Source: Octopus vulgaris
Taxonomy: Eukaryota
Direction: 5' to 3'
DNA: 64,000 nt
Assembly: GCA_951406725.2 (NCBI GenBank)
Contig: OX597836.1
Location: 22,940,001-23,004,000 of the forward strand
Positions 14,025 to 26,950 of the stretch are shown piece after piece. The position numbers were made by a program, and so were the translations under genes. The notes beneath the pieces were generated by a model that had not been told where the DNA came from, did no database searches, and worked only from the letters and a program-made list of their open reading frames with translations. The first letter of the stretch is position 1, and each line of letters opens with the position of its first letter.

Positions 14025-14212
14025 CTACAAAATAAATCATATTTATAATAATAAAAAAAAAAAGTGGACATCATCATCATTGTTTAACACTCACCCTCCA
14101 TGCTGGCATAGGTTAGACGGTTTGGCAGGAGCTGGCCAGCTGGAGAGCTGTCCAACTGGGGTGGGGGCGTTTATCATAGGGAAGGGTTGACATGGGGACA
14201 AGGAAGTGCAAG

Positions 14213-14460
14213 TCACTCTTTGCATCTTTGGTGTCTAATCTTTACCTCTTGATGTCTGTTATTTTCCATCTGGTCCATTCCCGTGGCAATGACATGCCAC
14301 CACTTTGAGCAGTCCTTAGCTATTGTCTCCCAGGTATTTGGGTCAATAGAGCAGTTGGAGAGAGTGGACTTGAGCTGATCTTGAAAATGGAAATTGGGGG
14401 CTCTGTGTGGTCTGGTGCCAGGGGACAACTCTAGAAAGAGTAGTTGACAGGGGAGGTGCA
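14213..14460 (-). mobile_element. Degenerate RTE-type LINE C-terminal fragment
   Basis: LP.QLLF.EL..G.R....P...F.DQLK..L....I....WE..A.D...W. Confidence 0.7.
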
Positions 14461-14663
14461 TGACAGAAATAAGCAAACACTAATATAGATAATGGGCTTC
14501 CATGCAGTTTCCAACTACCGAATTTCACTCACAAAGCACTGCTTGGTTTAGGAATGTGGTAGAAATCCCTTGTCCAAGATGTGCAGTGAGACTGAGCCCA
14601 AAACCACATGACTATGAAGTGAATGATTTTACCACACAAGTACACACATACATATATATACAT

Positions 14664-14849
14664 ATAGGCACAGGCGTGACAGTGTGGTAAGAAACTTGCT
14701 TCACAACCACATGGTTCCAGGTTCAGTCCCACTGCGTGGCACTTTGGGCAAGTGTCTTCTACTAAAACCTCAGGCCAACCAAACCCTTGTAAGTGGATTT
14801 GGTAGATGGAAACTGAAAAAAGCCCTGTATGTATGTATGTATGTGTGTA

Positions 14850-14889
<40 letters not shown>

Positions 14890-15192
14890 ATATATATATA
14901 TATATAAACTATATATATATATATATGTATATATATGTATATATATATGTATATATATATATATGTATATATATATATGTGTGTGTCTTTGTCCCCATAC
15001 CATCACCTGACAACTGATACTGGAGTGTTTATATCTCCATAACTTAGCAGTTCAGCAAAAGAGACCCATAGAATAAGTACTAGGCTTACAAAGAATAAGT
15101 CCTGGGGTCAACTTCTTCAAGTAAACCCCTTTAACGCAGTGCTCCAGCATGGCCACAGTCAAATGGCCGAAACAAGGAAAAGAACAAAAGAA
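14664..15192 (+). mobile_element. SINE family A (diverged)
   Basis: Matches the family consensus, with an internal TA tract. Confidence 0.8.
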
Positions 15193-15240
15193 TATGCATG
15201 TACATAATCATGCCTAAATATGTAAAACAATTCAAATCAC

Positions 15241-15390
15241 CTGATGTCTCCTCTGCTTTCTTCTTTCCCTCAGCTGGAACATACTGAAACGGTCGACCAA
15301 GAAATATATGGAGATCTATAAGGTAAGGGATTTCTTCGGAACACACAATAGAATAGGCAGTGCCACTTCTACCAGCACGTGCGACTCGAC
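15241..15390 (-). CDS. DDX54: DDX54 exon 11, [13 protein letters not shown]...DLHIFLGRP...EETS
   Basis: Completes motif [13 protein letters not shown]; phase 1-1; the donor GTGATT is weak but phase-compatible. Confidence 0.9.
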
Positions 15391-16303
15391 CTTTGCGAAA
15401 ATGGAGAAACAAAGTCAATACAACAGATGAGTAAATTGACATTTCATTGGAAATGTATATACACATATATATCTATGGACACACGGACACACACATATAT
15501 ATATATATTTCAAAAGATTAACGTAAACACAACTAACAGAATATTTTACAAAAACATAACAGAAAATTCATAGCTTATTCTTCATCAGTTGATGTCCAAA
15601 AGATCATTACGATTTTGTGCCTTTGACTGGCATCCGTGCTAGTGGAGTGCTAAGAGTACCATACGAGCATGGCTTCCATGCCAGTGGCACGTAAAAAACA
15701 CCATTCGAGTGTGATCGTTACCTGCGTCGCCTTACTGGCACTTGTGCTGGTGGCACATGAAAAAACATTTGAGCAAGGTCGTTGTCAGTGCCACTGGATT
15801 GGCTCCTGTGCAGGTGGCACATGAAAAGCACCATTTGAGTGTGGTTGTTGCCAGTACAGCCTGACTGGCCCTCGTGCCAATGGCACGTAAAAGCACCCAC
15901 TACACTCTCGGAGTGGTTGGCGTTAGGAAGGGCATCCAGCTGTAGAAGCTCTGCCAGATCAGATTGGAGTCTGGTGCAGCCATCTGGTTCGCCAGACCTC
16001 GGTCAAATCGTCCAACCCATGCTAGCATGGAAAGCGGACACTGAACAATGATGATGATGATTTTAGCATCTACTTTTTGATGCTTGCATGGGTCAGATGT
16101 GGCTTATTAAGATAGATTTTCTGACTTGGTGCCTTGCCTCTTCCCAACCCTCACCAGTAATAAATATATTCTCCTGACCAGGCACGTTTCAGCAGAATAT
16201 TGGGAATCAATGACATTCATTTACAATAATCACACAATATCAAGACAAGGAGACACAAACATAAATACAAACATACATACATATATAAACATAAATACAC
16301 ACA

Positions 16304-16686
16304 TAGGCGTAGGAGTGGCTGTGTGGTAAGTAGCTTGTTTACCAACCACATGGTTCCGGGTTCAGTCCCACTGCATGGCACCTTGGGCAAGTGTCTGCTA
16401 CTATAGCCTCGGGCCGACCAAAGCCTTGTGAGTGGATTTGGTAGACGGAAACTGAAAGAAGACCGTCGTATGTGTATATATGTGTATATGCATGTGTGTG
16501 TCTGTGTTTGTCCCCCAAGCATTGCTTGACAACCGATGCTGGTGTGTTTGTGTCCCCGTTACTTGGTGGTTCGGCAAAAGAGACCGATAGAATAAGTACT
16601 GAGCTTACAAAAGAATAAGTCCCAGGGTCGAGTTGCTCGATTAAAGGTGGTGCTCCAGCATGGCCGCAGTTAAATGTAAAAGAGTA
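16304..16686 (+). mobile_element. SINE family A
   Basis: Matches the family consensus. Confidence 0.85.
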
Positions 16687-17388
16687 TATAAACACAAATA
16701 CACACATATGTATGCATGTGTATTATATCATCACCCTCATCATCAGTGAACGTCTGATTTCCATGTTGGCATGGTTTAGATGGTTTGACCAGAGCTGGGA
16801 AGCTGCACCAGGCTCCAGATTGATTTGGGATGGTTTCTACAGTTGGATACCCTTCCTAACACCAACCACTCTACAGAGTGTGCTGAATGCTTTTATGTGG
16901 CACTGCACAGGTGCTTTATATATGAACGCACTCTTAGCTACATATACACATACATATGATGGGCTTCTTTCAGTTTCTGTCTTCCAAATCGCAAGGCTTT
17001 GATCAGCCGGGGATGATAATAAATGACAATTGCTCAATGCGCCACACTGGGATTGAACCTGAAACCATGTGGTTGGGAAATAAATTTCTGAACCACACAC
17101 CAATCCCTGCATAAAATGATGATGATGATAATAATAGATGTTACTTCACATAATATACTGGAAACTAAAATTGTGTAAAGTGATCACAGTCAAAAACTTC
17201 CCTCACACTCTAATTAAAGTGCTAACATCAATGTTAACGACATACATGCAAGTCTCTATGTGACTACTCAACTGCTAAAAAGAGCAGTCAAATCTCTCTC
17301 AAATCAAACTGTACCATCTTAAAAAAAAACAAAAAGAAAAACGATGGACACATCAGAAACAAAGTTCCTGGTATACAAGATGATGAAA

Positions 17389-17622
17389 AGGCGGTGAGCT
17401 GGCAGAGTCGTTAGCACACCGGGCGAAATGCTTAGTGGTATTTCGTCTGTCTTTACGTTCTGAGTTCAAATTCCGCCGATGTTGACTTTGCCTTTCATCA
17501 CTCGGGGTCGATAAATTAAGTACCAGTCACGCACTGGGGTCGATCTAATCGACTTAATCCCTTTGTCTGTCCTTGTTTGTCCTCCTCTCTGTGTTTAGCC
17601 CCTTGTGGGCAGTAAAGAAATA
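17389..17622 (+). mobile_element. SINE family B (GGCGGTGAGCTGGCAGA...GAGTTCAAATTCC head) with ~19-bp TSD
   Basis: Flanked by GGTATACAAGATGATGAAA / GGTATACAAGAAGATGAAA; other copies at ~8030-8245, ~13185-13400 and ~60057-60290. Confidence 0.8.
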
Positions 17623-17744
17623 GGTATACAAGAAGATGAAATGATTGCAGCTAGTTAGCCTTTGATCATAGGTCTGACTGCTATATCAGACTGACCTGGG
17701 GCTAAATAACAACAGCACCAACAATAACAACAAACATGACATAC

Positions 17745-17955
17745 CCACTCTGTGTATGAAAAGTTTTGGCTTGCCCGGGAAGTTGTAATTAATGACGTTG
17801 TCCAAGAGAGGGACATCGATGCCTCTTGCTGCCAAATCGGTAACTATTAAGACGTTGACTCGTTTGTGCTGGAATTTGGCAATGTTGATTTTACGAGCAG
17901 AAGCATCAAGAGAACTGTAGACGAATGTATTCTTGATGTCGGCTGAGTTCAAAAG
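17745..17955 (-). CDS. DDX54: DDX54 exon 10, ...[12 protein letters not shown]...FIHRVG (motifs V, VI)
   Basis: ARGID and HRVG motifs; canonical splice sites. Confidence 0.97.
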
Positions 17956-18074
17956 CTGTAAAACATCAAAGACACACAGAATGATTTTCAAACTATAACA
18001 TCACCATCACCAACACCTTCATCACCATTTTAATGTCCCCGCCTTTTTTTTTTTATGTTTGCATGGGTCAAAAT

Positions 18075-18352
18075 GAGAGAACGCTTTGATCTCCATGTGT
18101 CTAACACACGTGGACATGCCTACAAAGTCAGAAAACAACACAGCTCCCATGACTTTCGGAAACATTTTTTCACGCTAAGAGTTGCTAAAGCATGGAATAA
18201 ACTGCCTGCGTCAGTTGTTGACTGCCATGACACTGCATCCTTTAAGGCCCTCATGCTTTCCGAAATCCGCCGAAACTACACCTGATTATATATACACTTT
18301 AGATGAGTTGTAGTGCACCTGAGCACTGTACACAATTATTATTATTATTATT
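18075..18352 (+). mobile_element. CR1/L2-like LINE 3' end with (ATT)n tail
   Basis: TRGHAYK...RKHFFTLRV..AWNKLP..VV....SFK C-terminal motif. Confidence 0.8.
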
Positions 18353-19274
18353 AAAATTTTCTACGACTTCTTGCACTGCCTCATGCTAACTTCCACCAGC
18401 TTCCAAGCAAGAACACCTTCACTCCACCACCAACTAGTTTATCAAACTATAATGACAGGGTTATGTGGACAACTGGAAACAAATGTCACCGGTTTCATGA
18501 AGAGTGAGCCCAGTGTGTGTGTGTGTGTGTGTAGTGAGGAATAATCAACCACTTGACTTGGCCATGCAGGGGGACTGCCTTGAAGGCAGTAAAAACAATA
18601 AAAAATTACTAATTCATGAATGAGCGACAAAAAAAAAGCATTGCTGTGGTTGCTGGTCTCATGTAAAGAGCACTGGTGTTGGTGCCATGTAAAAAGCATT
18701 CAGAACACTCTGTGCAGTGGTTGGCATTAGGAAGGGCTTCCAGCTGTAGAAACCAAGTCAAAACAGACTATGGAGCTTGGTGCAGCCCCTGGTCTTACCA
18801 GTTCCTGTCAAGCCATCCAACCCATGGAAAACAGATGCTAAACGTCAATGGTGACGTTAACCCCTTAATATTTAAGCTGGCTATATATTAAGCCAAGATA
18901 TTCTACCTGTTTTATGTTCAACCAACCAGATTTGACCCCTCATACCTATCCTACAATGTCGTTCTAAAAATAAGCCATCGCAGCATTGGAACCTCAAAGC
19001 TACAAGATAATAAATGTTTAATCTAAGACAATCTAAGTAAATAAGTATTATATTTGACAGAGTAATCTGAATGTTAAAAGGTTAAACAACATTAATTAAT
19101 TAATTAGTTGATTAATATATTGAAAGAAGCAGAGGCATGTGGTAATAGAGAGTGAACTTGTTAATAACCTGTACTCTATTGGGGGTACTTTAGGAAAATA
19201 TATGTATGCAGACAGGGTTTGGATGACGGAGCAGAAGAGTATAAAGCTGAGAAGATGAATACTTGAAGGCTTAC

Positions 19275-19406
19275 CATTGACAGTAGTTCCACATGGTGTT
19301 TGGTGGCAGCAAACACAACGGTTTGTTCAAAAGGTTTCACAACCGATTTCAAAAGATACAACAGCAAAGACGGTTTTTCAACCGAACGGCAATAGAAGTA
19401 AGCAGT
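19275..19406 (-). CDS. DDX54: DDX54 exon 9, TAYFYCRS...QTVVFAATKHHVELLSM (motif IV)
   Basis: 132 nt, phase 0-0, VVFxATKHH is typical of DDX54. Confidence 0.95.
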
Positions 19407-20116
19407 CTGGTTTGAAAATAGGAAATTAATAAATTTTAATCACAACCGAAAAGGTGAAGGACATGAAAGACAGAAAGAGAGAGAGAGAGAGGGAGAGAGA
19501 AGAGAGATAAAAATAGAAATATTGATTAGATCCATTGAGTCAAGTACACCAACATCAAAATCAATGGAAACTGCAGTTGTGATCCCTGTGCCGGTGGCAT
19601 GTAAAAAGCACCATCCGAATCGTGGCCGATGCCAGCACCGCCTTGACTGGCTTCCGGTGGTACGTAAAATGCACCAATCCGATCGTGGCCGTTGCCAGCC
19701 TCGCCTGGCACCTGTCCCGGTGGCACGTAAAAAGCACCCACTACACTCACAGAGTGGTTGGCGTTAGGAAGGGCATCCAGTGGTAGAAACACTGCCAGAT
19801 CAGACTGGAGCCTGGTGCAGCCTCCTGGCTTCCCAGATCCCTGGTCGAACCGTCCAACCCATGCTAGCATGGAGAACGGATGTTAAACGATGATGATGAC
19901 TTCTCCATGCTTGCATAGGTCAGAGGGAATTCACTGAGGCAAATTTTCTACAGCCAGAGGCCTTTCTTGTCACTAACCCTTTCCAAGCAAGGTAATATTT
20001 CCTCATGGCTAGACATGTTTTGCATGAAAGATGAGGACACGTGTTTACAACCATCACATGATGTCAAGATGATAAGGCACATACTTGCTCTGTGTGTGTG
20101 TGTGCGTGTGTGTATA

Positions 20117-20494
20117 AGGAAGCACTCCGTCGGTTACGACGATGAGGGTTCCGGTTGATCCGAATCAACGGAACAGCTTGCTCGTGAAATTAACGTGTAA
20201 GTGGCTGAGCACTCCACAGACACGTGTACCCTTAACGTAGTTCTCGGGGATATTCAGCGTGACACAGAGAGTGACAAGGCCGGGCCTTTGAAATACAGGT
20301 ACAACAGAAACAGGAAGTAAGAGTGAGAGAAAGTTGTGGTGAAAGGGTACAGCAGGGATCACCACCATCCCCTGCCGGAGCCTCGTGGAGCTTTAGGTGT
20401 TTTCACTCAATAAACACACACAACGCCCAGTCTGGGAATCGAAACCGCGATCCTATGACCGCGAGTCCGCTGCCCTAACCACTGGGCCATTGCG
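20117..20494 (-). mobile_element. Young SINE family C, inverted relative to 31311-31691
   Basis: Provided ORFs 20165..20368 and 31395..31646 translate almost identically. Confidence 0.85.
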
Positions 20495-20664
20495 TGTGTG
20501 TATAGTGTTGGACAAACTAAATAACGATGGTGATAAACAAACTAAATAATGATGATGATCATCATCATCATTTAACGTCCGCTTTCCATGCTAGCATGGG
20601 TTGGACGGTTCAACTGGGGTCTGGGGAGCCCAAAGGCTGCACCAGGCCAGTCAGATCTGGCAGT

Positions 20665-20798
20665 GATGGTGACCTGAAATTGCACTTGCTTCAGTTTTTG
20701 TCTATAAGGACCAGAAGTTCTATGAGCGTGGAATCATGAAGTTGCCAGAAAGATGGCAAAAGGTCATCGAACAAAATGGAAAATATCTAATCGATTAA
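20665..20798 (+). mobile_element. Mariner transposase C-terminal fragment
   Basis: KDQKFYERGIMKLPERWQKVIEQNGKYLID*. Confidence 0.85.
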
Positions 20799-21058
20799 AG
20801 TCCATTCTTTGTATGAAAAGCAATGACTTTTATTTCACACCTTCATTATCTTTCCAAATCCTGCTGCATTCCACGTGGAATTTTTGGTCTTCCAAAGTCA
20901 TCTTAGCATAAGTCAACTATCCATTATCCAGCTCTAAATTTTGGTCTCAAAACTTCGACTTGTATACCAGGAAATATCGTAGATAGGTAGAGAAATAAAG
21001 GGAGGTGAGAGAGCAAGAGGGGAAGAAAGAAACAAAGAGAGTAATAGGACTCTATTAC

Positions 21059-21242
21059 CTTCAGCTGGTCACTCAGTTTATTGTCAACATCTAACCGCAC
21101 TAGAGTTGGGTTATTTAGACCGGCCTTAGCAAATTCGACCATTTGCTTTGGCAGTGTGGCTGAGAATAAAAGGGTTTGTCTAGATTCTGGGAGACGTCGA
21201 AGAATCTCATCTAACTGTTCTTTGAATCCCATTTCAAACAGC
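21059..21242 (-). CDS. DDX54: DDX54 exon 8, [10 protein letters not shown]...LLFSATLP...DQLK (motif III)
   Basis: SAT motif; phase 2 to 0; canonical splice sites. Confidence 0.97.
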
Positions 21243-21431
21243 CTGAAGAAATAAGAAGAAAAAAAAAAAACAGAAGAAAATCATTTTTTTTTTTTACATT
21301 TTTAATTATATTAGCATATTTATTTGTAAATATAAATAACACACACTTCTTTTTTTCAAGAAGGAAACAAAACATTTTACAACCATCACATGATGTCGAA
21401 ATAAGACAAACACATGTGCATTTTGTGTCTA

Positions 21432-21480
<49 letters not shown>

Positions 21481-21574
21481 TAAGGGGAAAGTTTACGAAA
21501 ATAAACAAAAGACGAAGGCAGGTGGAGTACAAACAAACAAATGTATTAATATAGCGCTCAGGAATAGAAAAAGT

Positions 21575-21610
21575 CTTTTACGTTTCGAGCCTACGCTCTT
21601 CGACAGAAAG
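21575..21610 (-). ncRNA. Minimal hammerhead-like motif (CTGTCGA core variant)
   Basis: CTTT-CTGTCGA-A-GAGC-gtag-GCTC-GAAA-CG-TA-AAAG. Confidence 0.5.
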
Positions 21611-22177
21611 GGACACAGAAAAAAACAAGGAGAGAAAAAAATGCGTGTAGGAGCTAACGATCTATCATGGCGTCCTATATATCATACATACATAAAAGAC
21701 AGATACATATATTTTCAAGCCAATGCAGTCTATAATGTAATCATTCAAACACCATAATTATCTTTCCAAATCCTGCTGCATTTCACATGGAATTTTTGGT
21801 CTTCTAGAGTCATCTTAGTATAAGTCAACTGTCCGTTATGCAGATGTAAATTTTGGCCTCAAAAATTCAACTTGTATGCCAGAAAGTATCATAGATAGGT
21901 AGACAGAGAAATAAAGAGGGATGAGAGAGAAAGAGGGGAAGAGACGAAGAGAGTAATAATAGGACTACGCAACCATACACACACATACTCACAGATACCA
22001 CACACACACACTCACACATACTCACATATACCAACCATTCTTCACACTCTTCTGTCCCAGAAAGCACTTCCTCTTCGTCCATTTACTTCCGGTCATTTCA
22101 AAAATGTAACTACACATGGACTACTGGCAATTTTTTTCCTCCTTCTTCCTTTCCCTTTGAACTTTCCTATCTCCACT

Positions 22178-22212
22178 GTTTCCGAATAAGAGCTATGCTC
22201 AAAACGTAAAAC
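22178..22212 (+). ncRNA. Degenerate minimal hammerhead-like motif, same family as 21575-21610
   Basis: GTTT-CCGAATA-A-GAGC-tat-GCTC-AAAA-CG-TA-AAAC, followed by a related ctgagcg...taatac tail. Confidence 0.4.
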
Positions 22213-22338
22213 AGCCATTCTGTCTTTCCTTCTCTGAGCGTCTCATTAATTAATACTTTGCATGTGCTACATCCTCACATGTGACAAACAGCATATAACA
22301 ATCTCTAGTAGTTTGGTTGATACAGTGATGTGTGTGTG

Positions 22339-22384
<46 letters not shown>

Positions 22385-22567
22385 TATACATTTGTGTGTG
22401 TTTATATTATACAGTTGGGTTGAACACAAAACCACATGGTTAGAAAACAAGCTTTCAACCACACAGCCTTGCTTGAAAAATAAAATAATATAAAACTGTA
22501 TGTATTACAATATAAACATGTGTGCATAATAAAAATCATAACCTGCCTGCGGAAGTTATTCACTCAC

Positions 22568-22663
22568 CTGTCGGCTTCATCAAAGACAACATATTGTAGG
22601 GATGACAGCTTCAGCTTCATTTCCATGACAACGTGGAGGAATCGGCCAGGAGTTGCAATGATT
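22568..22663 (-). CDS. DDX54: DDX54 exon 7, IIATPGRF...YVVFDEADR (motifs Ib, II)
   Basis: TPGR and DEAD motifs; AAG acceptor, GTGAG donor. Confidence 0.97.
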
Positions 22664-22844
22664 CTTTGAAGGTAGAAAATTTAACATCAATATAATGACA
22701 CAAAATTATCCATTTATTTTACAGAATTTATTTCTTATTTTGGTGGGGGAGAGGAGCTTAACATCTGTAGATAGCAGAACACACACACACACACTCAGGG
22801 TACTCAGACCTGGGTGAAGCTAACAGAATATAGACAATAGAGGT

Positions 22845-23231
22845 CTCACTCTCTCTCTAACTGCTCAGTTGAAGTCGACTCTCGGTCACTCATTGGATCT
22901 GTGTCCTCCAGTCAGTTCTATCCTGGGCCGCTTCCTTCAGACTGGCCATGTCCATTCTGGCATCACTCCTGATGGTGTCAAGCTAGCGGGTTCTTGGTCG
23001 GCCTCTTCCTCTCTTGCCACAGACCATTCCGAGCATGATGTCCTTCTCCAGGGATTCTCTCCGCATAATATGACCGAAATATGCCAATCTACGCTTGGTG
23101 ATCCTAGCTTCTAGCGACATTTTCGGCCTTATCTGCTTAAGAACTTCTCCATTGGTGAGCCTCGCTGTCCATGGAATCCGCAAAAGTCTTCTCCAACACC
23201 AAAGCTCGAATGCATTAATTCTCTTCTGGTC
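22845..23231 (-). mobile_element. Young 5'-truncated BovB-like RTE insertion with 13-bp TSD
   Basis: RINAFELWCWRRLLRIPWTAR...YFGHIMRR.SLEKDIMLG..GKRGRGRP; TSD AGACAATAGAGGT at 22832-22844 and 23232-23244. Confidence 0.9.
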
Positions 23232-23433
23232 AGACAATAGAGGTAGACAGAACTAAAGGCAAAATCTACACAACAGGGTAAAACAAAATTGTTTGCAATT
23301 TACAAAAAGTTCACACAACCAAGGAGCCCTACAATGAGTTGCAGTGCAGAAGATGAAACGCTGCTAATGTGGGTGGGTGGGGGTTTCAGTTTAGGGGTGC
23401 AAAGATAGCAACAATGCATGCAGGTTTACTTAC

Positions 23434-23475
23434 ATGTCGGGTAATGAATGCATGGCAGAAAACTGATCTTCCATC
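23434..23475 (-). CDS. DDX54: DDX54 exon 6 (42 nt), MEDQFSAMHSLPDI
   Basis: CAG acceptor, GTAAGT donor, phase 2-2, matches DDX54 MEDQF..LH..PDI. Confidence 0.92.
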
Positions 23476-24380
23476 CTGTAAAGAATTAGAATTAAAAGTT
23501 TCAAGGTGGAGGAACACAATAAGGATATAAAAATTTTCATTAAGATATGTTTTAGACGATATGATAAGATCCTAAGACATGCTTAAATCAGAAGAAATAA
23601 ATTGGAAGAGGGTCTTAAGAGCACCATTGAAGTCTAGTTTTCAGTTTAGTTAAATTAAATTAAAAGGCTTTGCAGTTAAAAAATTTAATATAAAAAGTTT
23701 TATTAAGATATGTCTTAGAGGATATGATAAGATCCTAAAACGCATTTAAATCAGGAGAAATACATTGGAAATAGTTACTCCTGTTAGCCAGAGGATCTTA
23801 AGGACACTACTGAAGTCTTGTTTTCAGTTTAGTTAAATTAAAAGTAGGCATGGCTTTGCTGTTAAAAAATTCATTTTGAAATTACATGGTTTCAGGTTCA
23901 ATTCTACAGCAGCACAGAACCTATTCTACGACCAGAATATCTGGTTGACCAAAGTAAAGAGGAACTGAATGGAAATATATTGGGTAGACTGTGCCTGATC
24001 TATGGTGCTAGAAGAATGTATTAGTCTTTCATACTTTCTATACATGAAGATGATTTTGTATGTATATAGCAGAGTTGAAAAATTGGTATAACCAGGATAT
24101 TCTGTTGATCTGAAGAGCTAGCCTTCTATATCAGTATTGATTTGTAAATGGACAATAGTACTGTGCAATGTGTAGCATGCATATTAGTACAGACATGTAA
24201 AATAATTTATTATACATTGAAATTATTATTACACGAGGAAGGCTGTGAAACAGCTGTCATCCTACAGATATCAAGTTAAATAAATATATTCATCTTCCAA
24301 TCTGCCTTACTTTTTACTTTACCCAGCATGGCTACAGTCCAATGACTGAAACAAGTAAAAGATAAAAGAACTAAACTTAC

Positions 24381-24430
24381 CGATCACCACCAAGAATGAC
24401 TGCAGCGCTCAAACCAATGTGTTTGCCCAG
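24381..24430 (-). CDS. DDX54: DDX54 exon 5, LGKHIGLSAAVILGGDR
   Basis: TAG acceptor, GTAAGT donor, GG doublet, phase consistent. Confidence 0.92.
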
Positions 24431-24889
24431 CTAGAAAACAGAAAAAAAATGATCTTTGACAATTTAGAAATTAAAGAATCTCCAAGGAATGTTCTTTCAC
24501 AATTTTTTGTCTCTTATCAACAGCAACTCTCATACAACATTAGTGTTACCCCTATTATCACCAACAAGGGAGATACTATGTGATCACCTGCTAGATATAG
24601 CAGCCAGATCTGCCTCAAATTACAGTCTATTGTTTAGGCAACAAAATGGACAACATAGATCTATACATCTGTAAAAAAGACAGCATAGTCACGGCTAAAA
24701 TGGATCAGAGTTGACCAGTGACCATACACCTACAGATACAACACAATTACCTCTCTACAACTTCATTTCTACTGCTACCAACAGCTAATGAGTCTCCATA
24801 TGGTCACACAACCTGTTAAAGATAGCAGCCAATTTCCCTCAAATCACATCCTTTGTCTTGACAAAAAAAAAGGGAAGGTCCCATTAGAC

Positions 24890-25696
24890 CAATGGTTCTC
24901 AACCAGGGGCATATGACTCTTGGGGCTCCATATAAGATTTTGTAGTTAAAGTTCATGTGCAATAAACTGGTTATACTTATACAACAAAAAAAATATTTTA
25001 ACAATTTTTTTTTTATACAATTCCTAATAATATTGATTTCAAATTTTGGAACAAGAGGTATGTCAATTACATCGACCCCAGTACTCAACTGGTACTTATT
25101 TTATTGACTCCAAAAGGATGACAGGCGAAGTGGATCTCGGTGGAATTTGAACTCAGAACATAAAGACAGACGAAATGCTTCTAAGTAATTTACCACCTAC
25201 AATTCCTAATAGTATTAAATTATATAAAATATAATAGTCTTTTACTCTTATACTTGTTTCAGTCATGTGACTGTGGCCATGCTTGAGCACCGCCTTTAGT
25301 TGAGCAAATTGATCCCAGGACTTATTCTTTGTAAGCCTAGTACTTTTTCTATCGGTCTCTTTTGCCGAACCGCTAAGTTATGGGGACGTAAACACACCAG
25401 CATCGGTTGTCAAGCGATGTTGGGGGGGAAACACACATATATACATATATACGACAGGCTTCTTTCAGTTTCCGTCTACCAAATCCACTCACAAGGCTTT
25501 GGTCAGCCCGAGGCTATATTAGAAGACACTTGTCCAAGGTACAACGCAGTGTGGATGAACCCAGAACCATGTGGTTCGTAAGCAAGCTACTTACCACACA
25601 GCCACTCCAAGCCTATGTTTTTTTTTAATAAGGGGGTCCAGCAAAATCAAACAGGAATCAAAGGGTTCATCAGACAGAAATGGTTGAGAACAACTA
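24890..25696. mobile_element. hAT MITE with two nested SINEs
   Basis: CAATGGTTCTCAACC...GGTTGAGAACAACTA; 8-bp TSD CATTAGAC/CGTTAGAC. Confidence 0.7.
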
Positions 25697-25830
25697 CGTT
25701 AGACAATTGAGTTCTTCATGTACAATATAACAGGTTGGTCACCCCTGGATGGCTTTTGATAATACAAGGGCTAAACAACAACAACAACACCATCAAAAAC
25801 ACTTCAAATATTAACAGTAAAAATACTCAC

Positions 25831-26019
25831 CTCTTTTGTAAAGCGCAAAGTCTGCATAGCAAGTTCCCTGGTTGGTGACATGATAAGGGCTCGGGCACCA
25901 GCCTTGGCCGAGTGTGCCTTCAACTGTTCAAACATGGGTATCAGAAAGGCTGCTGTCTTGCCGCTTCCAGTACGGGCCATTGCTACTATGTCTTTACCAG
26001 CAAGCAAAAGAGGAATGGT
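25831..26019 (-). CDS. DDX54: DDX54 exon 4, motif I (ARTGSGKT) and motif Ia (SPTRELAMQ)
   Basis: 189 nt, phase 0-0, canonical splice sites, Walker A. Confidence 0.97.
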
Positions 26020-26950
26020 CTGAAGAACATAAAGTAGGGAAGAAGTAAAAATATGGGTGATATAATGCCAAGGGATGGTAATATGTATACAGGGAGAATT
26101 CACAAAAAAACAAATGACGAAGTGTAGACAACATGCCAATCTATGAGAGGAACATAGTATTAAATGGGGGGAAAGTGAGAATGTGTGTGTGCATGTATGC
26201 ATGTGTGTGTATGCATGTGCGTGAGTATATGTGCATGAAAGACACAGAGACAAGTAAGAAAGTGAGAGTGTGTACGAGAAAGGAAGAGAAATTGTGGGAC
26301 AGAGAATGAAAGAAATAAAAAGAGAATATGTAGAGTTAGGAAGAGAGAGAGAGAGAGAGAGAGAGAAAAGGGAGATAGCTGAGAGTGAGACAGAGAGAGA
26401 CTGTCAGTATCATCATCCCATAATATCTGTATTCGATGCTGGAATGAATTAGGTGATTTAGCAAGAGCTGACAAGCCAGAGGAGACTGTGTTGGGTGTCA
26501 ATGTTTATTTTGATACGCTTCCTACGGCTGGATGCCCTTCCTAATGCCAACCACTTTACAGAGTGAACTGGGTACTTTTTGCGTAGTACTGCCACCAGCG
26601 AGGCCACCAAATAACTTGCAAAACAAGACCCCTGATAGAATAGGGGTTGGGTATTGAGGGAGGTGGCTTTATGCAAGGCTTTATGAGAGAGGTTAGAGTA
26701 AGATAAAGGGACGGGACCAGGTAGTTTGCTGTAGATGAGATACATGGGTACCCAGCAGAAAAAGGAGAATGGTAGAGATGGTGATGGCTTACCCTCAAGG
26801 TACAAGAAGGTGGATAAAGGGAGAACAGGCAAAAAGATAAATGTGCAAAAATGTGAGAGGGGCAGAGACAGAAGTCAAATCAATAAAAGTGAGATAGAAA
26901 AAGTTGCATGTATACAAGAACACATGAGAAAGGTCCATAAACTAACTTAC

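Noticed and set aside
15505-15592. Minus-strand CTGATGA...GAAATATATA, a possible further long-stem-II hammerhead
   Set aside because: Stem II is weak and the 3' arm of stem I is replaced by (TA)n; cannot be supported by eye
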